A stretch of 64,000 bases of DNA, taken from NCBI RefSeq assembly GCF_009914755.1, contig NC_060934.1; one strand, 5' to 3'. The DNA comes from the human T2T-CHM13v2.0 reference genome, Homo sapiens. The translations under genes and the position numbers were made by a program. The notes under the pieces were generated by a model. The model saw nothing but the letters and a program-made list of their open reading frames with translations, was not told the DNA's origin and ran no database searches. Below are positions 40,311 to 52,257 of the stretch, one piece after another; within the stretch, counting starts at the first letter, position 1; each line of letters starts with the position of its first letter.

Positions 40311-43300
40311 AGGATCTTCTTCATAAAAGGGGGAGACATCAAGAACTATTATTTTATTATTTCTCTTAGTACAAACAACAACAGTCATTCAAAAAACCAC
40401 GTTACACCCTAATGTGTACTAAGGATCGTGTAAGGCCAATGAGCGCGTGGAGCTCTTTCTCTTACAGCACCCCCTGGAGATAAAGTTAAGCCGTACGTGG
40501 CTGAATGGGGAAAAGCATGCTTTTCTATTTAATGAATAACGCATTGAGGAAGATGTGCCAAGCAGCCCACTGATGACGCCCGTCACACCCAGAATCTTGA
40601 TGACGGGCGCCACGATGCGGATCGCGATCCTGAATCCTCCTCTGATGGAAGCTTTTCAGGATCACCCCGCCACTGTCCCACGCAACAGAAGGGCGGTACT
40701 TTGTGTCGCTGAAAGTGGGGCTCATCCCCAAAAGCCTCTCTTCACCGGACGCTGCCCATGTCCGCACCGTGCCCGGAGGCCGTCTAGACGGCGAAATCAA
40801 CTGAACGCACAAAAACAGGACACAGAAGATCGAGGCACAGAAGAGGCCGTGACAGGACGCTGCTTTGTGATCTGAGAATCGGGCCGGGTGGGCGGTGCCG
40901 AGCTGCCTGGACACGGCGTCGGCCCCTCCTGACGGTGTCAGTCCGGTGTCACAAGTAGATTCGGCAATGCCGTTCACTGGGAACCCGTGACTGAAAAGAC
41001 AAGAACTAAGGGGAGGGCCCGCCACACCGCCCGTCAGTGCCACGACATTCCACCTGGAGGCAGGCAGGCCCGACTTCCTGCAGAACCAACACACACCCCC
41101 TCAAGTCCTCAGCGGACTTGGATGGTAGCGTCTGGGAGGCCTCCTCTCAGCTCCGAGGTGTGAAAACGCTGGACACAGCTTGTAGATGGACAGCGGGTAG
41201 AGCAGTGGAAAAAGAAAACTAGAATGGGATTTCCTATCTTATGCCAAATTGGCTTGACTCTTAAGATACATGTGAGATGTCCCTACTTAATTGCCGGCAT
41301 AATTAAATTGGTGGAAAAAATCCACAAAGGACTTGAGATTTTGCTTCAACAGCAAGTAGAAGCGTGGCCAGCTCTGAGAGACTCCGTGACCTGAGTCTGC
41401 AGCCCTGGGCTTTTCTCCCCTCGGACACAAGCAGCCTCTGCAGCCTCCACTTCTGTCCCTTGCCGGAGGGATCGGCCGGTGTGACTCAGCCATCTGTTGT
41501 GCTTGGACTCCTTAGGACACTCACGCGCACGCAGACGCACGATCACACACGCTACTTTCCTGTTTGTAGGCTTCTGATTATCTCACAAGGTCAAGTGCAA
41601 ATCTGACTTTTTACTTCTTTTGTTTTGCCACAGAAAATATTTTTCCTTTTCTGATTAAGTTTCATTATTTTGCCACTGCTTTTTTTCCAAAAAAATTTCA
41701 AAGTTACAGAAAATTTCCAGATAGTCTAGGAAGATTATCTTTGTGCCTAATTAGAAATTACCGGAATGTGGTCACCCGAGAGTTACATTTGGGTCACACT
41801 GAGCCTTGATGTACATGAGTTATGAGCCCCTCATAGTTTGGATACATTCTTTGTACTAAAACTTCCTCCAGTACTGCAAGGGTAAACCCGCAAAGGGAGG
41901 CCAAGTGCCGTGATTCACTTGTTCAAAAATATGTGTTTTCCTTGGTAAGATTCTGCCCATTTCCTAAAAATTGAATAAAATCCGAGGATACAAATGCTTC
42001 CCCCAAGTGGCAGAGATGGTGTTTGGCCTCCCCGTTCAGGTGCCCGATAAAGCTGGCAGAGCCTCAGCCACTATCCTGGGATCCAATATACACATGGAAT
42101 TTTATTACAAAAAAAAATAACAGTCACACATTCCTGTTCATTGTTTAACGTACTGTGATTTCAAGTACAGGTTATTAATTCACATAAACCAGTGTACATG
42201 TTCCTGAAACTGTGTTAAACTGAAGTTTAATACTGCTTTGCATTTGAGTATTACTTTACAAACTTTTACAGAGTATTTCTATTTTCTCCTTTATACTCAC
42301 AACAGTTCTGAGAGAGAAAAAAGAAATGGTTTTTTTCATTTTTTTCCTCACCAAAAGCCTAAAAGCAGGAGAACTGACTTCAAGATCCCAGCAGCAGTTA
42401 TTGGGAAAAGTGAGACAGACCCAGCTCTCCTGCCAGCAAACTCCTGTTCCAGACAGAAAACGGCCGACGCTTTAAGTCTCAGTGAGCGACCAAGGGGCTG
42501 AGACCCAAGTCAATCCAAAACGCCTCTGAGCGTAAAGGAGTCAGTGATCTAGAAGTGAACATTCTGGGGTTCTGGGGTGTCTGTGGGCTATTTAATCACA
42601 ATGACGTGCACCTGCTTCCCACTGATGATTTTTTCAGGGATCAGGTTTTCCTGCGGCAGCTGAGATACCGGGAGGGTCTGAGCCCGTGGCTCGAGCTCCG
42701 TTATCGGCGACGTGGTACGCAGTCGTCTCCGGTTACTGCTTTAATGGAGACACACACAAAACCCTATTCAACCCAAGTCCTGTACTTGATGAAAAACATT
42801 TACTACTGAACCGTTCAAAGGCAGAGCGACGTGAGGCCCATCACCGCTCCCCACGTGCCAGCTCTTCCTCTAATAATTCTCACTTTACTCCTTTTCCACA
42901 GCATGTTCAAACGTCATAGGGCAGTGATCCTAACTTTGTGCTTTTTCTCATACAGAGGATCTCCCTGTCATAGAACCTACACAAAGCAGTGTGCCGGCCC
43001 CCAAGAAGTCTGAACACCTGTGGCAGACAGCAGCGTCAAGCAGCTGTGGTTAAAGCCCTCGTTTCCTTAAATGACTCCCACGGTCAGGACGAGCACATTT
43101 AAAACCCTGTCCTGTTGATTGGGACTGTTAAGGTTTCATGTAGGAGCATAAGTGAGAAGAAAAGATGGGAGCGGATACGGCTGCAGGATTCCCCAGGAAC
43201 AAGGCCCCTGGAATTGCAGCTGTGGGAGGGACCTGGGCATGAGAAGTGTAAAGCAGCTTCCAGAAACAATCCAGCCAAAGCACCCCAGGGGCCAGAGGAG

Positions 43301-43411
43301 CTCTGTGCTCTTTCCACCGAGGGATTCCGCTGCAACGATGCAAACAGAGAATGTGCACACACAAAGGCGTTTACACAACAGGCACAGAAAGACACTGTGA
43401 AGCGTGCTCAC

Positions 43412-43621
43412 CTATGTGGGTCTGAGCCATGACGTCCGCCAGCCTGTGGGCAGCCCCGCTGCCCCCGCTCTGCGTAGAGGACGAGGAGGTGGTGGACGTG
43501 GTGGAGCCGTGGATGGCCTGGCTGATCCAGTGCTCCATATTGATGCTGCCCTGGCTGGAGGTGGGGGTGCCCTGGGAGTCCCCCTGCACTGAGCCTTCAT
43601 CTTCTGAGCCAGAAGAGGTAT
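43412..43621 (-). CDS. DIP2C: DIP2C coding exon 5 (210 nt): DTSSGSEDEGSVQG...LADVMAQTHI
   Basis: Acceptor CTTACACAG|AT, donor ATAG|GTGAGC. Contained in ORF 43371..43697. Confidence 0.96.
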   Translation of the reverse strand: MPLLAQKMKAQCRGTPRAPPPPARAASIWSTGSARPSTAPPRPPPPRPLRRAGAAGLPTGWRTSWLRPT

Positions 43622-44054
43622 CTGTGTAAGAAGAAAGGTGATTTGCTGTATGTTGCAGCAAAAACGTGCACCACAATCTCAGTCCCTCGCCAAACACAGA
43701 TTTACTTCACGTAAGTCTCAATAGTTGTTCAATGACTTTTTGATACACTCTTGAGAAGTTAAACCACGTTTCAGATAATAAACCATTTATTTTAGCATAA
43801 TGAGTTTTTCATCCAACACACCTTATATAAACATGCTATAAGATGTTTGACACTGTCATCTCAGACAAATACACACTGACCCATTTCCTCTACACAGCAG
43901 TTTGGGAAGAAACCAAGTGTTTGCTTGTGTCACCCACAAAGTGAGAGAACAAGGGCCGCGTTTCCTAGGGGATGCTGAGGGCCTGTGCGGCTCTCAGGAG
44001 TCTCAGTGTGACGTATGTTTAGCCCTTGTTAGTCCTGAGATGTTCTTGTGGGCT

Positions 44055-44335
44055 CTGATTTTTCTACTACATCGGTGTGTTAGATACCCATGCAGCTGAT
44101 TTCTATGTCGGTGTGTGTGTTAGACACCCATGCAGCTGATTTATTTCTATGTCAGTGTGTTAGATAACCATGCAGCTGATTTATTTCTACATCAGTGTGT
44201 TAGATACCCATGCAGCTGATTTATTTCTACATTGGTGTGTTAGATACCGATGCACCTGATTTGTGCGTTGGTGTGTTAGATAACCATGCAGCTGATTTAT
44301 TTCTACGTCGGTGTGTGTGTGTTAGATACCCATAC
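44055..44335. repeat. About 40-bp tandem repeat, about 7 copies (gtgttagatacccatgcagctgatttatttctacatcggt)
   Basis: Directly visible. Confidence 0.92.
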
Positions 44336-44923
44336 AGTTCCTTAAGGATCAAGACACTGATGATGGTAACAGGAGAGAAAGCAGAACGTGCCTCACGCGG
44401 AGCAGCCCCTCCACCTCCCCGTTTTCCTCCGGGGCACACGACAAACCTTCATCACGTCACATTTTACACTCAAATCAATTCACCTTTACAGTATTTGTTT
44501 CTTATACATTCTCATTATTGATTTTTCTATCTGTGCAGATTGGATATCTTGGATTATAACAAAATACATCAATTTTTTCACTATAATTTATGAGAATATT
44601 TTTCATTTAATAACTTTTCATGCAGTACCAAGGTTTTTGGGAATAAATTGTTGGTGTATTTGTTATTTAAACTTCAATTTAAGAATGACACTCAGAATCC
44701 TACCTCCAGGTGAGTTATGAGAGACGCCAGCTCAGGTGAGCAGCTCCAGCCATCGGGTGAGAGGAGAAGTCACGGCAAATAATCTTAAGACACGGGTTTG
44801 TTTTTTAAAAGATAATAATTGCAAACAATATACACACTTATTATCACTGTCACATGACTTATGCTGTCTGGGAATTTTTTTAAAAGTTTACTTGTTAGAA
44901 AAGCAACAATGTTAAGAGCCTGA

Positions 44924-45250
<327 letters not shown>

Positions 45251-45489
45251 CACTCTGCCTTTTAAGAAAACTTACACAATTTCTATAAAAGTAAAATTGA
45301 CACAGCCTTGAGACTTTTGAGAAAGGTACACACCCAGGTGTCCAGAAGGAGCACAACCATCTCCCCAGAATGTCTTCTCACAACTCTTTACAATCTTTCA
45401 TTCCCCACTCCCACCTACCTCTTCCAAGAAACCTGAAGGATAATATGATATAGACACTCAACATAATAGCAGCAAACCAAACAAACAGC

Positions 45490-46281
45490 ATATGACACGG
45501 ATGATACAGCATAACCAACGGTGACTAATATGACACAGATGATACAGCATGACCAGCAGTGACTAATACGACACGGATGATACAGCATGACCAGCGGTGA
45601 CTAATACGACACGGATGATACAGCATGACCAGCGGTGACTAATATGACACGGATGATACAGCATGACCAGCGGTGACTAATATGACACGGATGATACAGC
45701 ATGACCAGCGGTGACTAATATGACACGGATGATACAGCATGACCAGCGGTGACTAATATGACACGGATGATACAGCATGACCAGCGGTGACTAATATGAC
45801 ACGGATGATACAGCATGACCAGCGGTGACTAATATGACACAGATGATACAGCATGACCAGCGGTGACTAATATGACACGGATGATACAGCATGACCAGCG
45901 GTGACTAATATGACACGGATGATACAGCATGACCAGCGGTGACTAATATGACACGGATGATACGGCATGACCAGCGGTGACTAATATGACACGGATGATA
46001 CGGCATGACCAGCAGTGACTAATATGACACGGATGATACAGCATGACCAGTGGTGACTAATGTGAAATGGATACAGCATGACCAGCGGTGACTAATATGA
46101 CACAGATGATACAGCATGACCAGTGGTGACTAATATGACACGGATGATACAGCATGACCAGCGGTGACTAATATGAAATGGATGCAGCATGACCAGCGGT
46201 GACTAATATGACATGGATGATACAGCATGACCAGTGGTGACTAATATGACACGGATGATACAGCATGACCAGCGGTGACTA
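45490..46281. repeat. 38-bp VNTR, about 21 copies (gactaatatgacacggatgatacagcatgaccagcggt)
   Basis: Directly visible. Confidence 0.96.
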
Positions 46282-47614
46282 GAAGTAAATACCAGAGCGA
46301 CAGGAATTCAGGTTAACATTCAAAAGTGAATTAATGTCATACACCATATAGAATTATGGGAGTAGAACCGCATGTTAACCTTAGGAGACATAGAAAAGTA
46401 CTGACAAACTCAAGATAAACTCAACAAAATCAGGAATAGAAGGCAATTTCCTCAACCTGTTAAAGCACATTCATGAAAAGCCATGGCTAATAGTGTATTT
46501 AATGGTAAACAATAGAAGGCGTTTTCCCTAAGATGGAGAACAAGACAAAGATGTCCCCTCTTGCCACTTTTATTTGACATTATCTGGCAGGTTCTAGCTA
46601 GTGAAATAAATTAACAAATTTAATAATAAAGACATCCAGATTAGAAAAGAAGGAATAAAAGTGCCTTTATTCATAGATGACATGACCTTGGATGTAGAAA
46701 ACGGCAAGAAGTCCATCAAAAATGTTTTGCATTACTAAAAAATGAGTTTGATGAGGTCACAGGACACAAGATATACATATACTAGCAATAAACAACCTGA
46801 GAATAAAGTTAAGAAAATAGTTCCATTCACAGTAACATCAAAAACATAAAACACTCAGCCAAACTTCTAACAAAAAGGTACAAAATGTGTACACTGACAA
46901 CTATAAAACATTACTGAAATTAAAGGAGATCCAAATAAATGGAAACTAAATAAATGGAGATAGATTCATGATTGTGAATTGGAAAACTCAGTATTATCAA
47001 GAGAGCAATTCTTCCCAAACTGTTCCATTAATTCAAGGCACTGCCTAATAAAATCCCAGAAGGCTTTGTGTGTGTGAAATTGAAAGCTTATTCTCAATTT
47101 TATCTGGAAATACAAAGGACCTACAATAGCCAAAATAATTTTGAAAAAGGAAAACAAAGTTGGAGGACTTCACTATCTGATTTCAAAACTTTACATAAAG
47201 TCACAGTAATTAAGGCAGTAGTATTAGCAGAAGAATAGATGTATACATCAAAGGAACAGAATTAAACCCAGAAATAAAGTCTTATATTTACGGTCAATTT
47301 ATTTTTGACAAACGTCTCAAGACAATTCAGTAAGAGAAAGGTAGTATTTTTTTCAACAAATGTTGCTGTGGCAACTGGGTACCCAACACACCAAAAAGAA
47401 AAAGCATGGGGGAAAAAATCCCCCAAACCAAACCACAACAAACAAACAAAAATCCCACTTAGATCCCTACTGCACAGATAAAAATTAACTCAAAATGGAT
47501 CACAGACCTAAATGAAAGAACAGTAAGACTATGAGACTTCTAAAACTTCCAAAAAATCCATAAAAATTAGTAAACTGGACTTCATTAAAATAGAAAACTA
47601 CTAAGTTTTAAAAG

Positions 47615-48058
47615 ATGATTATCTGCCTCTAGCTAATGTAATAAATTACCTTGATCTTCGTGGCTTATAACAACACACGTATCTATTATCCTACAGATGG
47701 AGAAGTCAGAAGTGTAAAATCTGAGTGTCAGCAGAGCTACGTTCCTTCTGGAGGCTTCAAAGGAGAATCCATTTCTTGGTCTTTCCCAACCTCTAGAGGC
47801 CACCTGTGTCCCTGACTTATGGCCCCTCCTCATCTTTAAAGTCCATCACTCCAGTCTCCAATTCTTCCTTTTCTCTTGTAAGGACGTTCTTGATTACAGT
47901 GGGTCCACCTGCTTAAACCAGGATAGTGGTCCCATATCAAGATCTCTATATTAATCATAGCTGCAAAATCCCTTTTACCACTTAAGGTAACAGGTTCAAA
48001 AGCTCTGGGGAGTAGGACCTGGGTATCTTGGGGGAGGGTCATTATTCTGTCTGCTACA
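47615..48058 (-). mobile_element. MLT1-type LTR
   Basis: gttccttctggaggct..ggagaatccatttcttg, aaggtaacaggttc...tctgctaca. Confidence 0.8.
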
Positions 48059-49792
48059 GAACAGTTTGTCCTTTCACTGAGAAACCTTACACCTGTAAAA
48101 GTCGTTCAGATCGTATAAGGCACCTATAACCCATAAGATGACAACCAACCCATTTTAAAACATGGGCAAAAAATCTGGACAGACATTTTACCAATTAACA
48201 TATACAAATAGCTATGAATAGGAATTAGCACATTAAAAGCTAATAAGCACATTAAAAGATGCTTAGCATCATTAACTGTTACAAAGTAAATACACAATGA
48301 TATACCATTTCACATCAATTAGAATGGCAAAAATAAAAATACCAAAATACCAACTGCTTCTCATGATGTGGAGAAACTGGGATGCTCATATACTGCTGGT
48401 GGCAGTATGTAAAATGGTACAGCTATTTTGTAAACAATTTGGCAGTTTTTAAAAAGCTAAACCTAAACTTACAATAAGAGTCAATCATTCTACTTGGCAT
48501 CCTCCCAAGATAAAGGAAATTATACGTATACACAAAGATATGTACATAAACGTCGACAGCAGCATTATTCATAATTGCCGAATAGAGGAAAGAATGAATA
48601 ACCAACTGGTAAATGAATAAACAGCATGTGTTAGATCCATCTAACAGAATATAATTCAACAATAAGAAGGAATAAACTACTGATGCATGGTACAGCACGG
48701 ACTTCAAAACAGGTGAAGGTGTAGAGAAGCGTGGACATTTTATGATTTTATATCATAAAATTCTAAGATCATAAAAAACTAAAAACCATAAAATCATAAA
48801 GTGTTCTATGATTTTATATTCCAGAAAATTTGATTTCTAGGGTCCTTTCTTTTTCATAGAGCTAACCTTTCATCTGATAGCATTTGCAATCAGCCTAAAG
48901 TACATTCTTTAGCATGTTTATAGTGTAGTTCTGCCGATAACATATTCTCTCAGCTTTCATGTGTGTGAATGTGTCGTTTCATCCGTGTTTATAAAGGAGA
49001 TTTTCACCGGATATGAGTTGACAGCCCTTTCTTCTCCTTTTAGTACTTTAAAAAATGTCTTTCCATGGTCTTCTGGTCTCCATTGTATCTTCACAGAAGT
49101 CATGCATTGTTCAAATGCTTCTCTGGAGTGTAACGTGTCTTTTTCTTCGGAGTCCTTTCAGGATCTCCTCTTAATCCTGCACTTTGACTATCATGAACCT
49201 GGATGTGATTCTTTTTATACTTGTTCTGCTTGGAGTTCACTGAACTTCTCGGGGCTGGACACAGGTGTTTGACATCAATCTGAGTAAATTTTGACTCATT
49301 TCTTCAAAGGCTCCTGCTCTTTTCTCTTTTCCTTCTTATATTACAAGGATATTAACATTGTGTCACAGGAGCTTGAGGTTCTGTTCGCATTTAATTTTGG
49401 TTTCTCTGGTCTTCACTTTGGTTAATTTCTTTTCATCCCTCTTCAAGCTCACAGACTTCATCTTCCTTCTCCAACCTGTTAAACCCACCAGCAAAATTTC
49501 TTCTATCATATTTTCCAGCTTTATAGTGATGTCTCACTTATCCTTTCCAACTCCACATGTGCACAGCGTCCCCTATCATCAACATTGCCTACCAGAGTGG
49601 TATACTTGTCACAACTGATGCTTCTACACTGAAACATCATTATCACCCAAACTCCATCGTTCACATCAGGGTTCATTCTTGGTGTCGTACAATATATGGG
49701 TCTGGACAAATGTATAACGTGTATCCACCATCACAGTATCATACAGAGATCACATGCTACTAAAAAATCCTCCTGCTTTGCCTATTCATCCC

Positions 49793-50250
49793 TGCCTCCC
49801 CCCGGACCCTGGCTGCCTCCCCCCCGGACCCTGGCTGCCTCCCCCCCGGACCCTGGCTGCCTCCCCCCCGGACCCTGGCTGCCTCCCCCCCCGGACCCTG
49901 GCTGCCTCCCCCCCCGGACCCTGGCTGCCTCCCCCCCCGGGCCCTGGCTGCCTCCCCCCCGGGCCCTGGCTGCCTCCCCCCCGGGCCCTGGCTGCCTCCC
50001 CCCCGGGCCCTGGCTGCCTCCCCCCCGGGCCCTGGCTGCCTCCCCCCCGGGCCCTGGCTGCCTCCCCCCCGGGCCCTGGCTGCCTCCCCCCGGGCCCTGG
50101 CTGCCTCCCCCGGACCCTGGCTGCCTCCCCCCGGACCCTGGCTGCCTCCCCCCGGACCCTGGCTGCCTCCCCCCCGGACCCTGGCTGCCTCCCCCCCGGA
50201 CCCTGGCTGCCTCCCCCACAGACCCTGGCTGCCTCCCCCTGGACCCTGGC
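49793..50250. repeat. C-rich minisatellite, about 20-23-bp unit (Cn-ggRccctggctgcct), about 21 copies
   Basis: Directly visible. The C-run length varies between copies. Confidence 0.95.
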
Positions 50251-50920
50251 AACCACTGATCTTTTTACTGTCTCCATAGTCTTGCCTTTCCCAGGACGTC
50301 ACATAGCTAAAATCATACAGCAACCTTTTCAGATTGCATATTGCTAAGTGAAAGAAGTCAATTTAAGTTTCCTCCATGTCTTTCTATGGAGAGCTCATTT
50401 ATTTTCAGCATCCAATAATATCCCATTGTCTGTATGTACCACAGTTTACTTATACATTCACCTACTGAGGGGCATTTTGGTTGCTTCCAAGTTTTGGCAA
50501 TTATGAATAAGGCTGCTCTAAATATCTATGTGTAGGCTTTGTATGTAGACGTAAGTTTTCAACTCCTTTGAGCAAATGCCAAGGAGTGTAATTCCTAGAT
50601 CATATGGTAAAGAGTATATTTAGTTTTGTAAGAAACCACCAAGCTGTCTTCCTAAAGGCTGTTCTATTTTGCTTTAAGACCAGCAATGAATGAGAGAGAA
50701 TTCCCGCAGCTCCACATCTTCATAGGCTGTGGTGTTGCTAGCATTCTGGATTCTGGGCATTCTAATAGGTGTATAGTGGTGTCTTACTGTTGTTTCAATC
50801 TGCATTTCTCTATGACATATGATGTGAAGCGTCATTTCATATGTCGATTTGCCATCTTTATATCTTCTTAGATGAGCCATCTGTTAGTCTTTGACCCATT
50901 TTTTACTTATTCATTTTTTA

Positions 50921-51185
50921 AAGACAGGATCTCAAAATGTTGCCGAGTCTGGAGCACAATTCCAAGGCGCAATCCCACTACTGATCAGCTTAGGAATTCT
51001 GACCTCCTCCATTTCCAACCTAAGCTAGTTCACCCCTCCCAGGAGGTCGCTGGGTTGACGCCGAACTTAGTGTCGACACCTGAGAGGCATAACTCACAAC
51101 AACCCGGAGCTCCTGGACTCAAGTGATCCTCCCGCCTTAGCCTCCTGAGTAGCTGAGACTACAGGCACATGCCATCACACTTGGC
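50921..51185 (-). pseudogene. 7SL (SRP RNA) retro-pseudogene with an internal S-domain deletion
   Basis: The reverse complement has the 7SL Alu-domain 5' end and S-domain-specific motifs (CACTAAGTTCGGC, GGAGGGGTGAAC, CTGATCAGTAGTGGGAT), then a short A tail. I recall an RN7SL pseudogene (RN7SL754P) annotated in DIP2C but cannot verify it. Confidence 0.9.
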
Positions 51186-52139
51186 TGGCCCCTATTTTAA
51201 TCAGATTGATTGTTTTGTTATTGTTGACTTTTAAGAGTTCCTTGTATATTTCAAATAAAAGTTATCATTTATGTCTTTTGCAAACATCCTCTCCCTGTCT
51301 GTGGCTTGTATTTTAATTACTTTAAGAGTCTTTGACATAGCAGAACATGTTCATTTTTATTGGAGTCCAGCTTATCAATTATTTCACACCTTGCACCTTT
51401 GGTGTCATATCTAAAAACTTATCACCAAATCAAAGTCACTAGATTTTTACCTTATCTTCTAAGAATTCTATAGTTTTGTATTTTACATCTGTCATCTATT
51501 TTGACAGGCAGGAATATTTCACCACTATACTAATGAGGACAGTGGCTCTGTGATCTGTTTAATTTTTTTGAAAGATGTAAGGTCTGTGACTAGGTTTGGT
51601 GTTTTTCTTTGCATATGGATGTCCAGTTGTTCCAGTACCATCTGTTAAAAATATTGTGTTTGCTGCACTGTATTGCCTTTGTTCCTCTGTCAAAGTTTAG
51701 TTGACTATATTTTCTTACTGGGCTCTCTATTCTGTCCCATTGATCCTTTTGTTTGTTCTTTCACCAATACCACACTGTCTGGATTATCACTGATTTATAG
51801 TAAGTCTTGAAGTTGCATAGTGTCAGTCTTCAACTTTGTTCTTCTTTTTCAATATTGAAGTGGCTGTTCTGAGTCTTTCATCTCTCCAAATAAACTTTTG
51901 AATCAGTGTGTTGATATTGAAAAAAAAACTCGTTCGGATGTTGGTTGGGACTGCATTGGAAGGAAAACATCTTGACAATATTCAGTTTTCCTATCCATGA
52001 ACGTGGACTACCTGTCCATTTAGTTTTTCTGTGAATGAGTTTTGTAGTTTTCCTCATAAGATCTTGAACATATTTTGTTAGATTTTATGCCTGAGTATTC
52101 CATTTTGGGGAGTGCTACTGGAAATTTTTTTTTAAATTA

Positions 52140-52257
52140 TTATTTTTAGTACAGATGGGGTTTTGCCATGTTGGCCAGGCTGGTCTCGAACTCCTGACCT
52201 CAAGTGTTCTGCCTGCCTTGGCCTCCCAAATTGCTGGAATTATGGACATGAGCCACT
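52140..52257 (-). mobile_element. Alu left-arm fragment
   Basis: tttttagtacagatggggttttgccatgttggccaggctggtctcgaactcctgacctc. Confidence 0.85.

Larger units (their letters stand above)
45440..48760 (+). mobile_element. Old L1 ORF2 and 3' region, interrupted by a VNTR and an MLT1
   Basis: aggaatagaaggcaatttcctcaacctg, aaacaaagttggaggacttcactatctgatttcaaaac, gacagcagcattattcataattgcc. Confidence 0.85.

Noticed and set aside
42660-42780. NAGNAG acceptor-like site with a CpG-rich downstream segment
   Set aside because: Phase-1 entry hits TAA within about a dozen codons, and I found no convincing donor.
49696-50347. Pro/Gly-rich, collagen-like ORFs on both strands
   Set aside because: Artifact of a stop-free GC-rich minisatellite.
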